In this document: positions 12,711 through 24,057 of the stretch, piece by piece
Layout: each line of letters opens with the position of its first letter
Position numbering within the stretch: position 1 is the first letter of the stretch
NCBI GenBank assembly: GCA_002269645.1
Contig: NIVC01002791.1
Coordinates: forward strand, 62,001-126,000
Source of the DNA: Macrostomum lignano
Taxonomy: Eukaryota
Direction: 5' to 3'
DNA: 64,000 nucleotides
Notes under the pieces: model-generated
Seen by the model: only the letters and a program-made list of their open reading frames with translations
Told to the model about the DNA's origin: nothing
The model's database searches: none
Made by a program: the position numbers and the translations under genes

Positions 12711-13537
12711 TAAACATTTTTACTCGGTCGATTCAGCCATCGTTTCAGTTCTGTAAGACTTTTTCTAATATCTGTGGATAAACTCAAAAAATGTTTCCAA
12801 TTTTTATGGGTTGTTAACTTCGTTCTTCAAGCTTTTTGATTTGTGTGAAGCTTTCGCGAGCTGGGCCCTGCAAATTACAGTTCGCGAGCTAGCTATAGCC
12901 CATTAAAATGAAAGCGGTTATTAAAATGAAAGTTACCTGAGACCCGACATTTTTTACGCCTAAAATTCTGAAATAACTTTACCTTTTGTGCCTTGAATGC
13001 ATGTAATGAGTAATTAACTGTTTGAGTACTTCTTTTTTGTTATTAATTATCTATTCCATTTTTACAACACGGTTTCCATTGTAGGGCATTCACATTACAT
13101 ACTAAATTTTCCAGCTTTTCGTCTGCTCCAGGGTCATTTAAAAACAGGAGTTTCATGTGGAATTGTTTAATTTTCTAGTAGGATTTCTAGGAATTTGGGG
13201 CCTCCAGTTGAAAAGAAACGTCGAGACATCCCCATTCCAGGTCTCCTAGGGATATATAGGGATTGCATAAAAAATCACATCAATAAGGATTTGGAGCCCC
13301 GAGGTAACGCTTTTTGAATTTTGAGTTACAGAAATCAAAATTATGTCAATTATCAATACGTTTTACAACTTTATACTTGTTTATTTTGTTATTTTTGTTA
13401 ATATTGCTTTGGCGCCGGAGCTGGTTCCTATTTATTTAATGCATATTTAGACGAATTTTATTTATGGTGTTGCACCTGATGTCTGACGTGTACATCACGT
13501 AAAATGTAAATGTTTCTTGCACTTAAATATTTAATCA

Positions 13538-13795
13538 TTTTAATTAAAATTTTATGACAGGCAACACTATTATTCGTGCTATATTACAAGTAACAGCTAG
13601 CTGTTTTGCTATTGTTCATTTTTAATCAAAATTTTATGACAGGCAACACTATTATTCGTGCTATATTACATGTAGCAGCTAGCTGTTTTGCTATTGTTCA
13701 TTTTTAATTAAAATTTTATGACAGGCAACACTATTATTCGTGCTATATATTACATGTAACAGCTGGCTGTTTTGCTATTGTCCATTTTAATCGAA
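13538..13795. repeat. 82-bp tandem repeat, 3 copies
   Basis: aaaattttatgacaggcaacactattattcgtgcta recurs at about 13546, 13628 and 13710. Confidence 0.85.
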
Positions 13796-14950
13796 ATCTT
13801 TCTTAATCTACTGTTATATTTAAAAGACAACTAAAACTGTTTTGCTATTATTATTTCGCTCCTTAACTACAAATATATGCTAGCTATACTATTAAAATTC
13901 AAATTAATAAAGTTTGATTTGTTAAAGTTCGAACGGTAATTTTTATTTGACCAATCTACATGTACACAAAGCACGATTAAACGACTAGCCGTGTAAAAGC
14001 TACCGCGCCAAAACCGCAGAGAAGAGGGGTCGCTTACAAAACTTGATGCATCCATCAGCTCGAAATTTTACATGTTTTGACCGGATGCTTCTGACCAGAT
14101 CCATCCTGGATGACGCATCTATCCACATAGCCATCAATGTCGTTATCATGGTCCTCCTAATGCATCGGTGGCTACTTTATTAATTGTCTTGCAATTACTT
14201 TCGACGCCTTTTATGTACATGGCCGATAAAACCCTTTGTAATGGACTATTACAATTAAAGTTCTGCGCTGACTCATCTCAAACTGTAAATGAGAACTCGA
14301 TGGGGCCAGACAGCTATATTTATTCTGAGTTCAGGTTAAGTACCGGACAGTGCCAGTGGGAAAACAAATGTGCTATTGATATTTGTGATGAGGATGCACT
14401 TTTTTTCCAAATTTCACGCTCGAACATGGGTCCCGAACTTGTTAGCCTACTAACAGCAGGCTATGGGCTTTTTTCTCTTTTTTATTCAATTTTCCTAGAA
14501 TTCATGCTAGTAGAATCTTCGTAGCTATTATATGATTTTTCCATACTTGTGGTCATAATATTCAATAACATAGGCGCGGCTTTCGCTACTTTTGGGGTCA
14601 TAAATCATCGCTTTTGAGCTGGTCTGACTGCCACCTGCGCCTCACTCAGTGCTGAGACTGGCGCCAGATGGTCTGAGAGGATGCGGGCAGTGGCTTTTTT
14701 CTCATCATTTTGACAGGCCATCAAGATTTATGAGGTCAGGGCCTATTGTTCGTGTTCACTCAAGCGTGTGACAGCTTTGACAGCTATGCGTTTTACCCCT
14801 AAAAGTACTTTGGGATTAGCGATTAGCGATTTCTCTTCACCATCTTCACTTTCTACTCAATAAGAGCTTTCTAATGTATATTTTGTCACTAATTTTGTAA
14901 TTTCTACGCGAAAAGTCATAAATCATCCTGTAGCGATTTTGAGAGATTTA

Positions 14951-16560
14951 TGATAGCACCTGGCGTATTTTTATGGCCCCGAGGGAACTGATAGGATCTT
15001 CTGGTCACGTGAGTTTGGGTGGCAACAAGCTCAGCCAATCAGAAAATCGACGTCAGTTATAACAAATCGGCTCAGCCAATCAGAATCGAGGTGTTCCATT
15101 ATAACAAATTGCGGTCCAGTTGGCGGCTATTTAAACCGGCGTTTTTGGCCCGCTCGGAACTCAACCCTCCTGCTACTTGCTCGGGTCCAGTACGCAACTT
15201 CTTGGTTCCCGGAGCCCGACCGTTGTCTCTTGATCCCCGGATTGCGACTTCCCCCCCATCATCATCAAGGACGAATTCCCCCTTGATTAAAGAGCATCAC
15301 CTGCTATAGCTATATCTGCGAAGAGTGTGACATCAGCATCATCCCGGGTCTACAGCTGCGAAGCACTAAGCCGATTCGGTCACTGTGGATTACCTGGTCT
15401 CCGGCTGTTGAGTTTCTGATTGGTTGGGTGAGAGGCTGCCTAGACTTGCTTGATTGGGTGATTCCCTATCTGTCCCCTGTTTCAGTAGCTGGATTAGGCG
15501 CACACTTTTGCTCATTTTGTTCAGCAGTGCTGTTAATGAGGCAGATATCATTCAATAATACTGTTAGTAGTCTGAAACTCCAATTCAATCTGAAATGTGA
15601 AGTGATCTAAGGAGAAGGTCAAATCTGACAGTTATTTTTAGCGGTTTTATTTCTTTGTTCGCTGATGGCTCAGATGAGTAGCTAAGCTAGTAGACTCCAG
15701 TCACAGTGGACCAATGGCAAGGCAGTTCTCAGTCGATCAATCTATCAAATCAGTGAGCACTCTGTGCACTCTAGGGTAGCCAAGCGGCTCGGGTAATGAA
15801 TCATGCGGTCTCCGATGTTCGAGTTAGCCTATCATCAGCGCTACGAGAGGCTAGTTGGCGCGTTGAAGGCTAAAAGTACAATTCATCGTATTTAGCAATG
15901 TAATAGTACATATGTAACTACCCCATAAGCTCACCAACGCACGAATCCCCTGCACAAGTCCCCTCTGTACCTGCATGGCCAATGCGATCTAGTCCCAGCA
16001 GTGTCCCTTATCATCGGCTATGACTTCGAGATAGACAGGAAAAAGACACTAGTTGGCAGGTAAGTGCAAAGCCCCTTCTAGTCGGAAGCCCGATTTCGAG
16101 AGTCCCGGTGTGGTGAGCCAGGGCGCACGGGCTGGTGGCAGCGGGTTAGTTGATCTGCGGATTAGCTAATTTCTACTTTCAAAATTCTCCCTGCTCGTCT
16201 CTCGCTGTCCCTCTCTTAGCTATAGGACCTAGACTGCTCGCCACACGATCAAGCTACCATGGGGCTGACCATCTGACAGGAGTGGGGGGCCAGGACTCTA
16301 ATTGATTTATTTCTGAGACCTGAGGCCCGCGAAGTCTTCCCCAAAGGAGCCGAAAAGGCCGAAACCCATCATTTGCAATCACAGAGTTGCGCTCAGTTGC
16401 GCTTGTCAGAGTTAGTCTACCTATAAGTAGAAAGTATAGAGTGTAGCGATAAAAATAAAGCTTGCATGGCGATAAAAGAAAATATTACCGTGTGTGACGT
16501 AACTGTATCAGGTTTAAGATAGCTCGAAGAGGGACGACAAAAGCTTTAGAGGCGCCATCA
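14951..16560 (+). mobile_element. LTR-like segment (~1.6 kb)
   Basis: TGATAGCACC...GGCGCCATCA imperfect inverted termini (8/10). Duplicated gctcagCCAATcagaa (CCAAT at 15035 and 15076), TATTTAAA at ~15128, AATAAA at 16454. No matching TSD found. Confidence 0.45.
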
Positions 16561-16842
16561 CCAGCCTGCACCTAGCTGTTGCAGTACGTGTATAGGTATT
16601 TATTATGCTTCCATACATATTTAAGCAAATCCGGATAATTTACTAAATAAGTCTAATAAGTTTAGCTTTTTCTAAATAAGATGTAAAGTTCACAATAACT
16701 TTCTAATTACTGTACGCTTAAGACTCGCTCAATTGGAGCATACTCGTAATGTATTGTGTCGGATGCTGGGTTCCTAGAAGGAGGTGCAAATAAATAATTA
16801 GCTATGCTTGGTTGTATTCTGGTTTGTCTATCTTTAGGAGAA

Positions 16843-17165
16843 GAGGTTGTAGCCTAGTAGTCAGAGCGTCGGACTCGCGACTTGAAGGTCGGGGGTTCGA
16901 TTCCCGATCCCACTGGAACAATTTGTGTCCGTGAGAGAGACGCTTAACTCTGCATTGCTTCAGTTCACCCAGCTGTAAAATGGGTGCCAGCATTAGCTGG
17001 GGTAATTGAGGGTGTGTGTGGCGACCCCCCAGCCCTTGGACTGAACAGCCGTACGCAGCCTTCAGATGCGCCGCGCAATAGCTGTGGCTGAGCTGTCGGT
17101 TGCACATCTGCCCATTGGGCAGGTGTAATCAATTATTGTTATTATTATTATTAATTAATAAATTA
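16843..17165 (+). mobile_element. tRNA-derived CORE-SINE (MIR-like core)
   Basis: A-box-like TAGCCTAGTAG (~16850) and B box GGTTCGATTCC (16894-16904). The segment 16924-16985 TGTGTCCGTGAGAGAGACGCTTAAC...CAGTTCACCCAGCTGTAAAATGGG aligns with the MIR CORE consensus. (ATT)n tail and a 9-bp TSD TTAGGAGAA (16834-16842 and 17166-17174). Confidence 0.85.
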
Positions 17166-17366
17166 TTAGGAGAAACATTCTGCAATATATCCCCATTTGT
17201 TGAAGAAGATCCGTTTCTTCATATCACATTATTAAGAACTCGAACCCCTCGAAACCTTCATCTCACAACACATCAGAAAAACCCGATATTAGCTTATAAA
17301 GATTGAATTCATTTAAGCACTTTGGTTGTTTGCATCTGGGCATATTTGGCATCTCGGAATATATTC

Positions 17367-17512
17367 ATATAGACTGGCTGTTGAGGACTGAAATGAACTG
17401 AAACGCCGAGGCGCGTCAGGGACGATTTCGCAACTGTAAGTAGCATAGAAAAAAATGCGAGCGAAGCGCCGAGGCTTTTCAGTTCATTTCAGTCCGAACA
17501 GCCAGTCCATAT
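17367..17512. repeat. Long imperfect inverted repeat next to the recombinase element
   Basis: Arm 17367-17403 atatagactggctgttgaggactgaaatgaactgaaa pairs with arm 17477-17512. The direct repeat cgccgaggc occurs just inside each arm (17404-17412 and 17467-17475). Confidence 0.9.
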
Positions 17513-19455
17513 TAGTGTTATGGGTAGGCTGAAGCGCGGACGCACAACGCGGTTTCACGTCCACAGAAACTGTCTATGGTTGAAAAAGCTTTAGCTATAT
17601 GCTTCGTGGCGGTTTCGCAGTCCGCGGAGACTGTCTATGGTTGAAACCCAAATAGAGTTTGAAGCATTCTTCTCTTGGTGGGTGGGAGAGAAAATAAGAT
17701 TTAAACAGCTTCAAGGTTCGGAATTAGCCATGTTTCACTGGGAATCAATACTAGAGGAAGATATTAGCGGTTTAGAAATGAATGAGATTGAGTTTCTGCA
17801 GCAACTTGGACATCGTGATCCTGGTGAAGAAGTTAGTCAGTGGACCGGTGTGACCGTAAGACAGCAGGACTTGATTGACGCAGAATTGTCCAATCCAAGC
17901 ATTCTGAATAATGCCGAGCTTCTGCGGGAACTGACGGAAGAAGAGGAAGCTGCTGTGCAAGACGTCGAAGAGGCTGCCAAACGCAAATCGACCACGGATC
18001 AAACCGCTCTCCATGTGAAGCGCTTCAAAAAATATCTGGTGGACCAGAAACTGCCAGACAACATCGAAACAATGCCGATCCGCTATCTTTGTGCCTATAT
18101 ACGGCTGTGGTTTGTGTCACTGAGGACTCAGGAAGGCAAGCCATACGCTGTCCGAAGTCTGGTGTGCTTCAGGGCGTCTATTCATCGGTACGTGCTGGAG
18201 ACAAGGAACGTGCGAATTATAGGTAACACCGAATTTTTGTCGTTTGAACGGACGTACAAGGCATGCCTGATGACGGCTCTGAGGGAGAAAACGTCTATTG
18301 GAAATGCGTCTACGTACTGTCCAATTGATGACTCTGACTTCCATCGGCTGCGTGTGTATTTCGACCGTACGACACCGACGCGTCTACAATTCGAGGTTCT
18401 GTTTAAAATCGTGTATGGATTCGGCTTCAGGGGCCGTGAGTGGCTGAGGGGATTGACGAAGGCCGACGTGAGGATTGACGAATACGATGGAGTTCGATAT
18501 ATCGACTTGGTGAAGGATGGTGTGGAGAAGACAGTAACGGCGGACGACCCAACCACACGAAAGTCGATCATTTTGGCCGAAACGCCGACTGACCCGAATA
18601 CGTGTCCGGTTCGTGCGATGGAGATGTACCTGGCAAAAATACCAGATGACGTCGGTTGTCTGTGGCCTAAACCGCTGGAACGAGGGTTTTCCATGGAAAG
18701 TTTCTGGTATCACAAGAGCCTTGTACTCGGCAAACACTGGCTTAATGAGTTCATGAAGAAAATGTGTGAGCTGGCGGGACTGAGCAATCGTGCTCACACC
18801 AATCATTGCATACGCGCCTCCGTTGTAACCAACTTGATGGAGGATGGCGTCAGCGTTTCCGAGATTCAAGCCGTGACCGGTCACAAACGAGCGGAGAGCG
18901 TTGAACATTACAACAAGAGATTGAAGTTCTCCAAAAAGTCAACCTATCCCGAGCAATCAGTGGGCGACTCTCTGGCACTGCGGAACAAACCCTGGCATCG
19001 GCTGGTCAGAGCGCCAGCAACGCGGGAGCAAGTTCGACTGCTGGATGCATCGTACTGTCACAAAATACGACTGCGTTGGGCATGCCTGGGTCAATTGTAG
19101 CTAACCAGGGCGTATCGATAGGTGCCAACCAGGCGAGCGTTTTTGAGAACTGCAAATTTGAGAATTGCACATTCAACATTACACCACGCAAACTGACAGA
19201 TGTAACTATTGAGGTAACTATTGATGAACTCTCCAGCCACATATCATTTTGAGCTTCCAAGCGTTATTTACTGAATTATTTCGTTTACTTCGTGTTTCAT
19301 TCCTGTTGTGTTTGGTCTTGTGTTTGTTGGCAGTGAAATATACAGTGGCCATAAGTGATGAATTGAATATAATTGAAATATGCTTCAACCATAGACAGTG
19401 ACGGCGGACAAATGTAGAGCGTTTCAACCCAGGCAGCCTACCCATAATGACTAAT
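17511..19455 (+). mobile_element. Crypton-type tyrosine-recombinase DNA transposon (boundaries tentative)
   Basis: Outer inverted repeat attagtgTTATGGGTAGGCTG (17511-17531) vs CAGCCTACCCATAAtgactaat (19434-19455), 14-bp perfect core. Inner 16-bp inverted repeat ACTGTCTATGGTTGAA (17569-17584 and 17630-17645) vs TTCAACCATAGACAGT (19384-19399). These bracket the recombinase ORF. Confidence 0.7.
17637..19252 (+). CDS. Crypton/DUF3504-like tyrosine recombinase (frameshift near 18935)
   Basis: Catalytic set R (GFRGRE), K (probably EKT), HxxR (NHCIR), H (TGHK) and Y (VEHY), plus FRASIHRY. The computed ORF ends at 19100, but the shifted frame after the A5 run (18933-18937) gives KKVNLSRAIS...VFENCKFENCTFNI, a motif I recognise at the C-termini of this family, with a stop at 19250-19252. 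Confidence 0.85.
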
Positions 19456-19492
19456 AAAAAGAATAAATATCAGTACAAACAAATAAAACTAA

Positions 19493-20226
19493 TTAGGAAA
19501 CAGTCTGCAAGCCAGTCAATCCAGATGCCAAGTCAAACAGGCCAACAAAGTGCTCAGGCTCGCCAGACATCTCCCTGTCCCACTCCTTCTGCATCTCCAG
19601 CAGCAGCTCCTGTCTGCTGAATTTCTGTCTGAACCGGATGAACTTCCTGGCCACGCACAGCAGCACTTTGGTGTCGCTGAAGCCGACCCTGCGCACAATG
19701 TCTGCGGCCTCGCCTCGCAGCTCGTCTGCCAGAATCCGCAGCAGCTGGTTGTGGTCCTGCCGGCTGTACGATGTCGGATAGTTCGGAGGTCGCGGACTCG
19801 ATCTCCGCAGCCAGTCGAGACCGCGCGAGCTCTTCAAGAAGAAGCACAGCGGGCTGAACTTGGCGTTCTCCGCCTCCGGCACGTCTCCAGCGTCCCAGTC
19901 TCTGAGGCCGAGGTCGCAGAAGAAGCACTTGACGTGGTCGGCCTCTCCAAGGTAGAAGAAGCCGCTCTCGACCATGTCCTCCGGCGACTGTCGGCCGCCT
20001 CGGCCTCTCCAGACGTCGTCCAGCTCGAAGGACCGACGGCGAGCCTCCCGACTGACGAAGGCGGGGCTGGCAGCGCTGGAGGCGAGGTAGACGGCCGCCG
20101 TCAGAGCCTCGTATTGGTCGAGGACCGACCGAGAGCGAGCCATGGGGGACAGGCGGTCTCCCAGAATTCTCGACACGTGGTACAGCGCCTGACTCGTATT
20201 CTTGGCATCTTCCTCTACTTTCGCAT
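19493..20226 (-). CDS. IAP-family protein copy 1: BIR plus UBA-like domain, no RING; BIR zinc-ligand His replaced by Asn
   Basis: RRRSF...GFFYLGEADHVKCFFCDLGLRDW...PEAENAKFSPLC, then VRRVGFSDTKV...ELLLE. Candidate splice acceptor TTCAG at 20227-20231; the first in-frame ATG is at 20142. Confidence 0.75.
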
Positions 20227-22525
20227 CTGAACGAAAATATTTATTTTATGCACGAGCGTATACTTACGAGTTTATGCATTTATGTATGTGAAGAAAATTT
20301 CAGCATAAGTCAATTTACAACTACATGTAAAAAATAAGTTTTAAGCCTCGGCCCCCTGGCTCCCGCGGTCCCCTTGCTCACGCCGTTTTCGCGGCTACAG
20401 CTCATAATGAAATAATGAATGTCATTTTAGTGATTTATTAAGGTGTTAATGAACTGCTAGCATGCCAAGAGGACCATTAATTCCTTAAACATTTCCTTGT
20501 TTTCTGAATCCTATAGTAAAAAGGGCCAGTGTTGACCCACCGAGCTTCTATGGATTGAGTTATCTTGACGACACTTGGAAGATGAATCTTTAATATGTAG
20601 CTCTCCACAGCAGAAGTAAACATTAAATAGGCTATTAGCACTCACTCCGTAGTAGCATTAATCAACCTCTTCAAGATTCAAGAAGCTTTCGACGAAGAGA
20701 AAGAGAGAAAGGCTTCTCGACCGCCCCAGGACACTACATAACTATCTCTTCTGTGTGTCTCAGCTGCGTTAAAAATTTTTTACAATATTGGCTCAACTAT
20801 CGCATCATCCCGTGCAATCGTAGTATCAACAACTTAAGTGAGCATTAAATGTAGTGAAATGTTCTAACATAAGCCCAGGTTAACGAGTATTGAGTGGAAT
20901 TCCTCTTGAGGAGAAAGGGGAAGAACTCCCATCACCGGAATTTCATTCTCTGAAATCCATCAGCTGAAATTCCATGACTTGAATCCTATCTTCCAAATCG
21001 TCTCTAAATCCTCTACAAAGCCTTTCAAATACCATTATATCTTGTTTTCCCTGTTTGCAAAAACTGATTGCCATTATCAATCTGACGATCTGGGCAAGGG
21101 AAACTGCTGTCTATGGTAAAATCTCATTTACTCCAATGCATTCAGTCGATTTCACGGCCCGCTGAAAATGTCTGATGGCAAAGTCAGAAGATCGAGCGAG
21201 GGTGTGGGGGTGTGGGTGCAGAGCCCCACATTTTCACACTCTAGAGAAAGAAAAAAAGAAGAATGAAATCTAAAAAATTGTCTATGGCCAAAAATGGCTA
21301 TAGCTATAACGATCTGTTCTTAGCGCTACGGTACGAGCAAATTTATTTTTTTAGTTTTTTTTGCGAAGTTAAGTACAGCTATAGTGCAGTTTAAAATATT
21401 TTTATATACTGACGCAAACTATTGTGACGCAATTTAGTGGCGAGTCAGTGTAAGCCTACAAAAAATATTCGCATATGATATAAATCCTTTGATCAATCCC
21501 TTTTGTTAGCACAGACGTAATTTTGTCCGTACTCGTATCTGTGCATATGCGTACTTTGACTAAAAATAGCCCAGGACGAAAGACTGCAATTGTACCTTAT
21601 GACTCTACTCCTATTTTGTGATCTTCTAAATTTAGACAAGACGCGCCCTTTTTACAGTGTGGGTGAGCGAATGTGTAAGAAGTGCAAGTCGCCGGAATGT
21701 AGTGCATTTATTATTATACATTACATTTTAATACATTTTTTGTATTAAAAAATAATGTAAAATGTAATATATCATCATACATTTTCAGTTTTCAGTTGCT
21801 GATTTTTTAGTCACTCAATCAAACAGAAGAAGCAAATCATGTTTAAACATGTTTAAAATCGTCATAAGTTTTTCTCAGCATGTAGAATCGTTTTGCAGTT
21901 TTACGCAAAGGAGTTTTGGCAAAAAATCTGCTCATTAGCGCACAGCAACACCCCTCATATTATAAATTTATAAGACGAGATGCGACCGCGTGATCGAATG
22001 GTTAATCATTTAAGATTCTACTCAATAGCAATTAATAAAATGTATTATCGAAAGTCAAAATTTTTACCAATTACTTTAGTAGCAATGTCAATGTGAAACT
22101 AATGGGTCTATACAATAAACTGCGGGCTTGAAAAGCGCAACTCACCCATGAAAATTAACAGGCGCGCAGCGATCAGACTCCATGGATCTGCATTTCCATA
22201 TTCGATCAAAAATATTTGCTACTTTGGTATAGGGTATCGTTTGAAATTTGTGCAAGTTGCAGCCTATTTGTTCTGTTTGAAAAATAAGGTACTTTCTAAT
22301 GAAAAAGCGCGTATTAATAGTACATAACGGATGTCATGTAAATAGTAACTGACGTAAGCGCTCTGTCAAAAGCACGCATTACTTAGACGCAACGAACGAT
22401 CTAAGTCTAGTACTCAGTGTGAAAATCAAAGAGGCTTCTCGATCTTGAACAAAATACGAGTCGTACATGTATTTAATTGGAGCTGACCAACTGGCATCGC
22501 GTGTATTTGCAACAGTTGTTAACCA

Positions 22526-22632
22526 CTGTTAATCCACTGTTAATCCGCTGATAATCCACTGTTAATCCACTGTTAATCCACTGTTAATCCGCTGATAATC
22601 CGCTGATAATCCACTGTTAATCCACTGTTAAT
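22526..22632. repeat. 11-bp tandem repeat (AATCCACTGTT)
   Basis: About 9 near-identical units. Confidence 0.85.
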
Positions 22633-22669
22633 CTGCCAATCTGATCAACAGACTGAGCAGCATCACGGG

Positions 22670-23480
22670 AAGGTTGGGAGGAGGGGAAGATGGGAGGATA
22701 GGAAGATGGGAGGATGGGAAGATGGGAGGATGGGAAGATGGGAAAATGGGAGGATGGGAAAATGGGAGGATGGGAGGATGAGAAGATGGAGGAGGGGAAG
22801 ATGGGAGAATGAGAAGGTGGAGGAGGGGAAGACAGGAGGAGGGGAAGATGGGGTGAGGCTAAGATGGGAGGAGGGAAAGATAGGAGGAGGGGAAGATGGG
22901 AGGATGGAAGATGGGAGGAGGGGAAAATGGGAGGATGGGAAAATGGGAGGATGGGAAAATGGGAGGATGGGAAAATGGGAGGATGGGAAAATGGGAGGAT
23001 GGGAAAATGGGAGGAGGGGAAGATGGGAGGATGGGAAAATGGGAGGATGGGAAAATGGGAGGATGGGAAAATGGGAGGATGGGAAAATGGGAGGATGGGA
23101 AAATGGGAGGATGGGAAAATGGGAGGATGGGAAGATGGGAGGATGGGAAGATGGGAGGAGGGGAAGATGGGAGGATGGGAAAATGGGAGGATGGGAAAAT
23201 GGGAGGATGGGAAAATGGGAGGATGGGAAGATGGGAGGATGGGAAGACGGGAGGATGCACGGGAAAATGGGAGGATGGGAGGATGGGAAGATGGCAGGAT
23301 GGGAAAATGAGATGAGGGGAGGATGGGAGGATGGGAAGATGAAAGGATGGGAAGATGGGAGGATGGGAAGATGGGAGGGGGAAGATGGGATCGGATGGGA
23401 AAATGAGAGGAGGGGAGGATGGGAAGATTAGAAGGTGATGGGAGGAGGGGAACATGGGAACATGGGAAGATTGGAAGAGA
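22670..23480. repeat. Purine-rich minisatellite (GGGAAAATGGGAGGAT)n
   Basis: 8/16-bp units. The ORFs across it are repeat translations. Confidence 0.95.
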
Positions 23481-24057
23481 AGAGTTAAGTGAAAACTCCA
23501 GCACAGAAGTCAGAAGTCATTTTTACTAACAAGTATACCCTACATATAAGAATTAAAAAGTAATAAATGAACAAAATGACTTACTCAGGTGACCCTTTTT
23601 TATTTACATGTATTGGATACTTTTTTTGCCTACAGAAAATGTTATGGTAATTTCGTGTGATAAAATAAATGTACATAAGTAAAAATAAACAAAACTCTAT
23701 AAGAAAGATTTTACAGTGTCATCCAACAGACACTACTTTTCAATGTACATTATTGTACGGCCTGTCAGGAATTCCGTTTCAAAGTACATCTAGTTTAGTA
23801 CACACTTGTTTCAGTAGTGAAGTTTATTTTTCTAGCCGGATAGTGAATTATGTCCCGTTCAGCTACTGTTAGTAGAAATGCGAACATACGTGGTATAAAC
23901 TAAGGGAAGTTCCTGATAAGGTCAAAAGGGAAACCTACGGGATTGCCGCGGTAAGGCTGAGGTCTAGCCGGTGAAACACCTTGGTAAGGCCGCAATAAGT
24001 TGTAAAAGCAATCTGTACGAGTAATTTGAGAACACAAAGCAACCCAGAAGTGGCAAA

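Noticed and set aside
13867-14760. Possible small exons or ORF 14168-14524
   Set aside because: No recognisable motif or consistent splice model.
14951-16560. Bona fide solo LTR with TSD
   Set aside because: The flanks (TTTA and CCAG) do not match, so it is kept only as LTR-like.
16845-16915. tRNA gene
   Set aside because: No acceptor-stem pairing is evident, and it continues into a CORE domain, tail and TSD, so it is a SINE head.
17511-20226. IAP copy 1 as cargo inside the recombinase element
   Set aside because: The IAP lies outside the right-hand inverted repeat (19434-19455). Only a 10-bp match (20343-20352 vs 17468-17477) hints at a larger unit, which is too weak.
22617-23504. Long ORFs over tandem arrays (also 25785-26484, 29308-29909, 40739-41802, 42530-43513, 45028-45375, 52362-53343)
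   Set aside because: They are translations of stop-free repeat units with no non-repetitive coding context.
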